A stretch of 63,866 bases of DNA, filler included, from Guillardia theta CCMP2712 (Eukaryota > Protista > Cryptophyta), in NCBI RefSeq assembly GCF_000315625.1. It is 5 parts of 5 records of this genome, joined end to end, with 100 filler letters (N's around TTAATTAATTAA, not from the genome) between each part and the next. Parts side by side here need not be neighbours in the genome. Positions count along the whole stretch, not along the records: positions 57,796 to 62,495 come from NW_005434172.1; positions 62,596 to 63,866 come from NW_005434570.1; 3 more parts are not named here. One strand, given 5' to 3'. The position numbers were made by a program, and so were the translations under genes. Below, one piece after another: positions 57,796 to 63,866 of the stretch. Each line of letters opens with the position of its first letter. The stretch's first letter is position 1. The notes below the pieces were generated by a model. That model was not told the origin of the DNA. It worked only from the letters and a program-made list of their open reading frames with translations, and made no database searches.

Positions 57796-59218
57796 CGTCA
57801 TTAAATGTATCGAAACTGAAAGCTGTCAGGACCATTCTCTGGAACATGAACCGACATGAGCCCCCGGCGAGATAGTACTTCCTTACGACCCGCTCCTCTC
57901 TCGTCTCTTGCCCATCGCATGTCGTGATTAGCATCCATTCTACCTCCACATCCATCTCCAAGAAGGGCTTCACTTGCTCATACAGCTCGTCGTGCTGCAC
58001 CGCCTGCAGGTACTCATCGAGCGTCCAGGAAACAACCTTATGCGTCTCAAGCTTCATTTCTTGATCCCACTCTGTGTACACCTTCCCCCGAGATGACATC
58101 GATGTTACAACAGCCAGTCGTCGATGTTGCTGGTCTGCATCACGCCATACCAGACACTCCCGATACACGCCTTGATGAGTTTCTTGCTGTCTCAGGAAAC
58201 CATCTAGCACTACCACATGCTTCTTGCCCTCGCGCCCTGCAAAGGCCTCCCGTAACCCCTCTGCTGCAGAGCTATACAAGATCTTGCAAAATCTTCGCCT
58301 CCCGTTCACCACTTGCATGCAGTAGATGTGTACAGGCTTCAGCCTGAGAAAAGTCACCATCCACTCTTTCATGTCCAGCGACAGGCAGAACGCTAGCGTC
58401 GTAGTCGTCTTCCCTGTTCCTGGCGGCCCTTGGATCCAGCCCAGAGCGCCTTGCTCCAGCACTCGCTCTCTCAGGAAGCTCTGCTGCTTCGTGAAGGCTT
58501 CTCGGCAGTAGAGAAAGAGCTCCTGGTTGCTGACATCGCTTGCATCCATCGATAAGTACGAGCTATCGAGGCGGAAGAACTTTCTCTGCTCGCAAAAGCC
58601 CATGCGATCAAGCCCTGCCTCTGACTCCTCCCAAGCTATCCCTCGCTCTACAGATGACGGAATCTGCCTCAAAACCAGGTTCTCCCTGCGAAGCTTCTCC
58701 ACCTTCTTGCGAAGCTTCTCCTTGCGAAGATGCTCCTTCTCCTTGCTGCGAAGCTCCTCCTCCTTCTTGCGAAGCTGCTCATTCTTCTCCTTGCGAAGCT
58801 GCTCCACCTTCTTGCGAAGCTGCTCCACCTTCTTGCGAAGCTGCTCCTCCTTCTCCTTGCGAAGCTTCTCCCTCTTCTTGCGAAGCTGCTCCTTCTTGCG
58901 AAGCTGCTCCACCTTCTTGCGAAGCTCCTCCTTCTCCTTGCGCTGCTCCTCCTCCTTCTTGCGCTGCTGCTCCCTCTCGTCCTCCTCCTCCTTGCGATGC
59001 GGATCCTTGTTCCTCTTGGGAAGCTGCTTCTGCTTCTCGCGAAGCTGGTTCCTCCTCCTATGATTGTGTAGCTGATCCAACTCTACAAAATGGTCTTGGT
59101 GGGCCTCCCGTTGACCACTTGCTTGTGGGGCCTCCTCCTCAACCTCAACCTTCGCTCGCTCCTCCCCCGTCTCTCGCCGTCTCTTGCGCTTGTTCGACGC
59201 AACGTGTTCTGGCTGCAT
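57796..59218 (-). CDS. Crinkler (CRN)-type P-loop NTPase protein with EQLRKK repeat N-terminus; truncated by contig end
   Basis: LYCREAF...GWIQGPPGTGKTTT...VVLDG...LAVVTSMSSRGK...SWTLDEYLQAV...KYYLAGGSCRFMF resembles oomycete CRN NTPase domains; probable start MQPEH at 59218. Confidence 0.72.
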
Positions 59219-59689
59219 GCTGCACCCAGGGAAAGGCAAACCGGAGCAAACAAGGAGGAAAAATACATCTTTTTTAAAAAAAATTATTAATTTTTGTGCA
59301 AGACTCCTGAAAAACATTGAAAACTCTGCCCTGACTTTTGAAATATATTCGGACAAGTTTTGGGGAAAAAGTTGAATTTCCTCCCCCTTTTTTTGGAGGG
59401 GATCCCAAAATAGCGCAAATACAAAAAAAGGTGGTGTTCTGTCCTAAACTCCTTTACTCAAAGTTAAGTTAAAATCAGTACGAGGACAATAAGGAGAATA
59501 GAGGAGGCTTGACCCTGACAAATTAGCTTTCCAAGACTTCTTCCGGCACGATATATACTTTCTTTCAACTCTGGAGGTTTTCTGTCATTTTTATTGTTCA
59601 CCACATAAATGGACCACCCCCCGGGGGCAAAGGGGGGTTCGATGACCATTCATCCTTGCAAGTCTGCCTCAGAATGATAAACACTTAGC

Positions 59690-59949
59690 TGCACTTATAT
59701 TATATGGAAACGTGAGGAGACAACTTTTTGCGAATAAATCATAATTTTTATCTGTTTTATAATTCGATTTATAATTTCAATGATTTTTATATTCAATCAA
59801 AAAATCTGTTCATTGCTCTTTTTTTTCCTTACCAAATCCCTATCATATTTTATCAATTGAAATAATAGCTGCGCATTCGTGCCAATTATTACACAAAATA
59901 ACAAAAAACAAACGAGCGTACCCACGGAGTGGGCCAGAGCAAACATAAT
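59690..59949 (+). repeat. Diverged copy of the outer PLV TIR (homologous to 952-1243), upstream of the Crypton recombinase
   Basis: TGCACTTA...GAAACGTGAGGAGACAACTTTTTGCGAATAAATC...CCCACGGAGTGGGCCAGAGC...AAACATAAT is colinear with the viral end. Confidence 0.93.
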
Positions 59950-60339
59950 CTCTACTTATAGTACTTTGGGAGGATTCCAAGAAGGAAAATATCCTACCGC
60001 TTTACACGGGCCCGCCTCGGGACGAGTCGGATTGTTCTGAGGCGGGCCTAATCAGGCCTACTAGAGCTTTAGCTTGAATCCTACAGTTTAGGATTAGGAC
60101 ATGTCTTTAGGTTGAAGTTCTTGTTGTTTGGGAGTGTTTTTTGAAACTTTTCAACTAAATATTCAAATATTAAACTCTCATTTCTCTACTAAGGTCATTA
60201 TGCTGAAACCAAACTCAGGAGGGGTAATTTGGAAGGAGTTAACTAGGGTACCCAGGGTACTCTGTCTGCTCGTGCAAACGGGTTCATTTCAACACGGGGA
60301 GGATTCTGGTAGGAGTCAGAGCGCACATTTCTTTGTGGG

Positions 60340-62495
60340 ATGGAAGCACAGGCTGAGAGACAAGTTGAAGATGAAATGGAGGAGGTAAGCCAAGTAGAGT
60401 CTCCGAATGTCAACGAAGATGAAGGCGATCCTTTGGAGGACATGCAGGTCCAGGAAGCAGTTGTAATTCCAGGAGAGGCCACACCGAGGCCTCAAATCGG
60501 GGGCCGAAGAAAACGTCAGAGAACAGGTAACGAGGCCCGACAACCATTGGATGCAGCTCGTGGGCGACAAAGAATCTCAGAAATCCGATCGAAAAGGGTT
60601 TCGCAAAATTCAAGAGCTGCATATACATCTAGCGTTGTCCGTTTTATACAGTTCGTGTATCGAAACAATCCTTTTCTGTTGACAATGGAATTCAAAGATT
60701 TGATTGAAAGAGATATGGAAGAAGGAGATCCACCATTACCATCGAAGAGGATCATACGAACGGTACTGGACGAGAATTCTGTATCTTGGACAGGTTAGAA
60801 GTTGCCATTTATGGCATTTTTTTCTCTGAAGCATTGAAACAGGGAATGCCCCAAGAGTTTACCCGATTCATTTCGATCAATTAGACGCAGACTATTTCTG
60901 TATGTGGATCACGCATCTGCTCAGCGTTTCACCGAACAATGGTTTTGCAACTTACAGTAATCATCGATCGGCAATAAACAGCTTTTTCAGAGATTTTCAG
61001 AAAGACCTACCGGTGGAATTCAAGAATGCTCTTCAAGAATTCTATGTTGGCCTCAAGAAAGATCTGAATCAGATGGATGCAACGGGTGTACTGAAGATAA
61101 CAACAGGCAAAGAACCTATGAGCATGACAACCTATCGTTTGTTTTGCAAAACCATGATGTTTTCCGACAAGAGAAATTACATTTTCGCTCGCACCTTTCT
61201 CATCATTTGTTGGAATCTTATGTGTCGCGCTGGAAACGCCGAATCTATTCAGTTCAACCACATGTGCTGGAATGAAGATCATCTCCAAATTTTCTTTGCT
61301 CACTCGAAAACAGATCAGAGCGGTGACAAGCCTAGAGACCCCAGGAGAGTCTATGCAAATCCAGTTTATCCTGAGATCTGTCCCATATTGGCATTAGGAA
61401 TCTATTTGCTTTGCTATTTACCAGATGAACTGTCCCTGTTTCCAGGCAGATCACAATACAAGCGTTTCATGCAGGTTCTTTCAAAAATAATGATGCCACC
61501 GAATCAATCGGAGTCAGCAGCCCCGAGTCCCTCTGACACTGACGAGACCGCGGAAAGGCATGATGATCATAATGGTATGGATGCAGTTCAGACTGCAGTT
61601 ACTGCCCATCTGCGTTCACTCGGTTTACAACCAGAGGATCTTGGAAGTCACTCTATTAGGAAGGGGGCAGCAACTTATTGTTCATCCGGGAGTACTCACT
61701 GTCCATCGAGCAGTGCCGTGTCGGAGCGAGCGGGATGGTCCAATGGAGCAGTTTTCAACACGTATCTACGATATGAAGCAGCAGGTGATGCATTTGTTGG
61801 ACGTACTATAACAGGGCTTCCCATCGACTCATCAGAGTTTGCAATTCTTCCGCCGCATTTCAAAGAAGCTGACTCGTCAGGGATGGTCACAAGTGCGATT
61901 CAGATGCTGTTCCCAACATTACCCATGTGCATGTATGGAGTTGCGGAGTTTGCACTCGCATCCGTGTTATACCATGCAGACTTCCTCAGAACGAATTTGC
62001 AGAGGAATCATCCTCTTTGGAAGTCAACCTTGTTTCAGGACGAAGCTATGCTGAATACTTTGAAATCAAAGGTTGTTTGCTGCATGCCAAAGGAAGCAAG
62101 AGGCAGAATGGAAGCGACAGGCATTCCTCCACACGTTCATCAATATGTCCACAATGACAAGGTTGTGGCGTCCCTAGAAAAAATACAAAGAGAAGTTCTG
62201 GAGTTCAAGCAATCTAGCCGGGGCAACCAGGCATTGGCAGAAGGAGTTTCAAGTTCGGAGAGGCGACAAGTTGGTTTCATACCAAATGAGTGTGGACAAT
62301 CAGCAAAGGATTTCTTTCGGCAAGGCTTGCTAGAGAATCGAGATGAGTTCAAAGCTATCATACGGGAGGTGATTATGGAGACGGGAGGGGAAGCAAGTGG
62401 ATCACAGAGAGATGTTCAGCAAAGGGACCCCCAGGCTTCAGGTCAGAGTGTTGTTGAGTCTGGTCGCAGGAGAGAGGAGCGCACCGTAATACCGT
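60340..62495 (+). CDS. Crypton-type tyrosine recombinase (exons 60340-60793 and 60843->62495)
   Basis: WNLMCRAGN (R), HSKTDQSG (K), YANP...ICPILALGIY, GSHSIRKGAAT (HxxR), RAGW, NTYLRYEAAGDAFVGR. A 49-nt GT-AG intron (60794-60842) joins the two ORFs in frame. Confidence 0.85.
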
Positions 62496-62977
62496 NNNNN
62501 NNNNNNNNNNNNNNNNNNNNNNNNNNNNNNNNNNNNNNNTTAATTAATTAANNNNNNNNNNNNNNNNNNNNNNNNNNNNNNNNNNNNNNNNNNNNTCGCT
62601 CCCTCGCTCCCTCGCTCCCTCCCCCCATCACTCCTCTCTCCCTCCCTCCCCACATCCCCTCCTCGCCTCCCTCCCTCCCTCCCACCCTCTCCCCCCACTC
62701 ACTCCCTCCCTCCCTCCCTCGCTCCCTCCCTTCCCTCTCATACTTTCTGCCTTCCATCCCTTCCACGTAACGCCTCCCCTGGTTCCCCTCCTCATTCCCA
62801 ACACACAGTCTCCCCGCCCTCCGAAGCATCGGTTTATTGCCGCAACTCTACTTGCGCTTTTCCTGCATCTCAAGGATATGTTTCCGCACGCGATCCACTT
62901 GGCTGCAGGCCTGTTGGCGTTGAGACGTGACTGGACGATGAAGAAAAGAGGAGGAGAAAGGGAAGGGAGAAGGGAAG

Positions 62978-63021
<44 letters not shown>

Positions 63022-63866
63022 TAACAGCAGCAACAGTAACAGGAAGGGGCAGAGAAAGGAAGAGAAGGGAGGGGAATCGGAGGGGCAATCTAGATGGAGG
63101 GGAGCGAACAGGCAGAGAAGTTGGAGGGTTTACGGGGCCGAGGATGAAGATTGAGGAGAAGGGAGTAGACGGGAATATCTTCTTACTTGATTGTAAACTC
63201 TATCATGCGCTCTTGCCATGTTTTGAATGAACCTGTTGTGCTTTCAGATCCACAGAGACTGCACTGCGCCCTCCCACTCTCCTCCTACCAAACCCTGATC
63301 GCTCCCTCCTTCCCGCACCTCCCGCACGTTCCCCTTCTTTCTCTACCGTTTGATCACACCCACTCCTAATCCTCTTCAAACTTTGACTCGCTCTTCCCTT
63401 CCGCTTTCTTATCCCCGCCGAATTTTCCCTCCATTACTCTCCAAATCATACTCTCATTTCATTAGCCTCCTTCTCATCCTTTCCCTCCTCTCTCCAATAT
63501 GGTTTGTCCTGACCTCTTCCTCCTTCCATCTTTCTCCTCTCCTCCTCTCTTTCATCTTTCTCCTCTCCTCTCCTCTCCTCCTCCTTCCCGCCCCTTCTCC
63601 CGTTACCTCTTGCTATAATCCAAGTCGACTGCTCGCTGCACAGTCCTCTGCACGATGACCATCGACTGCTGCCATGCGCTCTTGAGGCTCTCCGACCACG
63701 TTGTCCTGCCCCGGTGCCAGTCAGGCAGGAGAGGAGGGAGAGCCATAGGCAACAGGCAGCTGAGCAGCAGGAAGGAGAAAGGGGGAGCTCAGAACAGAAC
63801 GAGGCGTCTCGGACCGGGCGGGGGGGAGAAGAAGAGGAGGCGAAAAGGTTTCATGAGGGTCCCTTA

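Larger units (their letters stand above)
59690..62495 (+). mobile_element. Crypton-like (CryptonS-type) tyrosine-recombinase DNA transposon; right part lost in gap
   Basis: YR gene of the oomycete/diatom Crypton type; TATGG at 59703-59707. The left boundary is inferred. Confidence 0.65.

Noticed and set aside
58527-59277. + strand repetitive ORFs (CEAAPPS, LLAKLL)
   Set aside because: Antisense shadows of the EQLRKK repeat of the CRN-like gene.
1-63866. rRNA or tRNA genes
   Set aside because: None recognised by eye; tRNAscan-SE/Infernal would be needed to exclude them.

Overview
Eukaryotic genomic scaffold with a GC-rich host backbone: short introns, GAG/CTC microsatellites and GC-rich palindromic repeats. 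By inference it resembles the cryptophyte Guillardia theta. Four artificial N-TTAATTAATTAA-N contig linkers interrupt it. Positions 950-26670 hold an apparently complete, AT-rich, ~25.7-kb endogenous Polinton-like virus (PLV) inserted into the 3' end of an ion-channel gene. The PLV has ~0.9-1 kb terminal inverted repeats (TIRs), two tandem major capsid paralogs, two candidate minor capsids, an A32 packaging ATPase, very large fibre-like ORF(s), Tlr6F, a glutaredoxin, a SLATT-like protein, a Prim-Pol/PriCT-2/D5 helicase and a tyrosine recombinase. No pPolB, rve integrase or protease was recognised. Three structural observations stand out. (i) The outer ~290 bp of the viral TIR recurs at 59690-59949, directly upstream of a Crypton-type tyrosine recombinase, so the virus and a DNA transposon may share a terminus. 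(ii) The two viral ends would join into a perfect palindrome, and the insertion is bounded by an 8-bp direct repeat CATGCACT. (iii) A third, internal copy of the GGCGAAGGG iteron block brackets a ~6.2-kb primase-helicase plus recombinase module. Host genes include a ubiquitin-like/U-box-like protein, a collagen-SRCR-9xPA14 protein, a mitochondrial carrier, two SHAQKYF MYBs, a PEX22-like gene, a SET protein and a Crinkler-type NTPase. All family assignments come from recognising motifs by eye; no searches were run.
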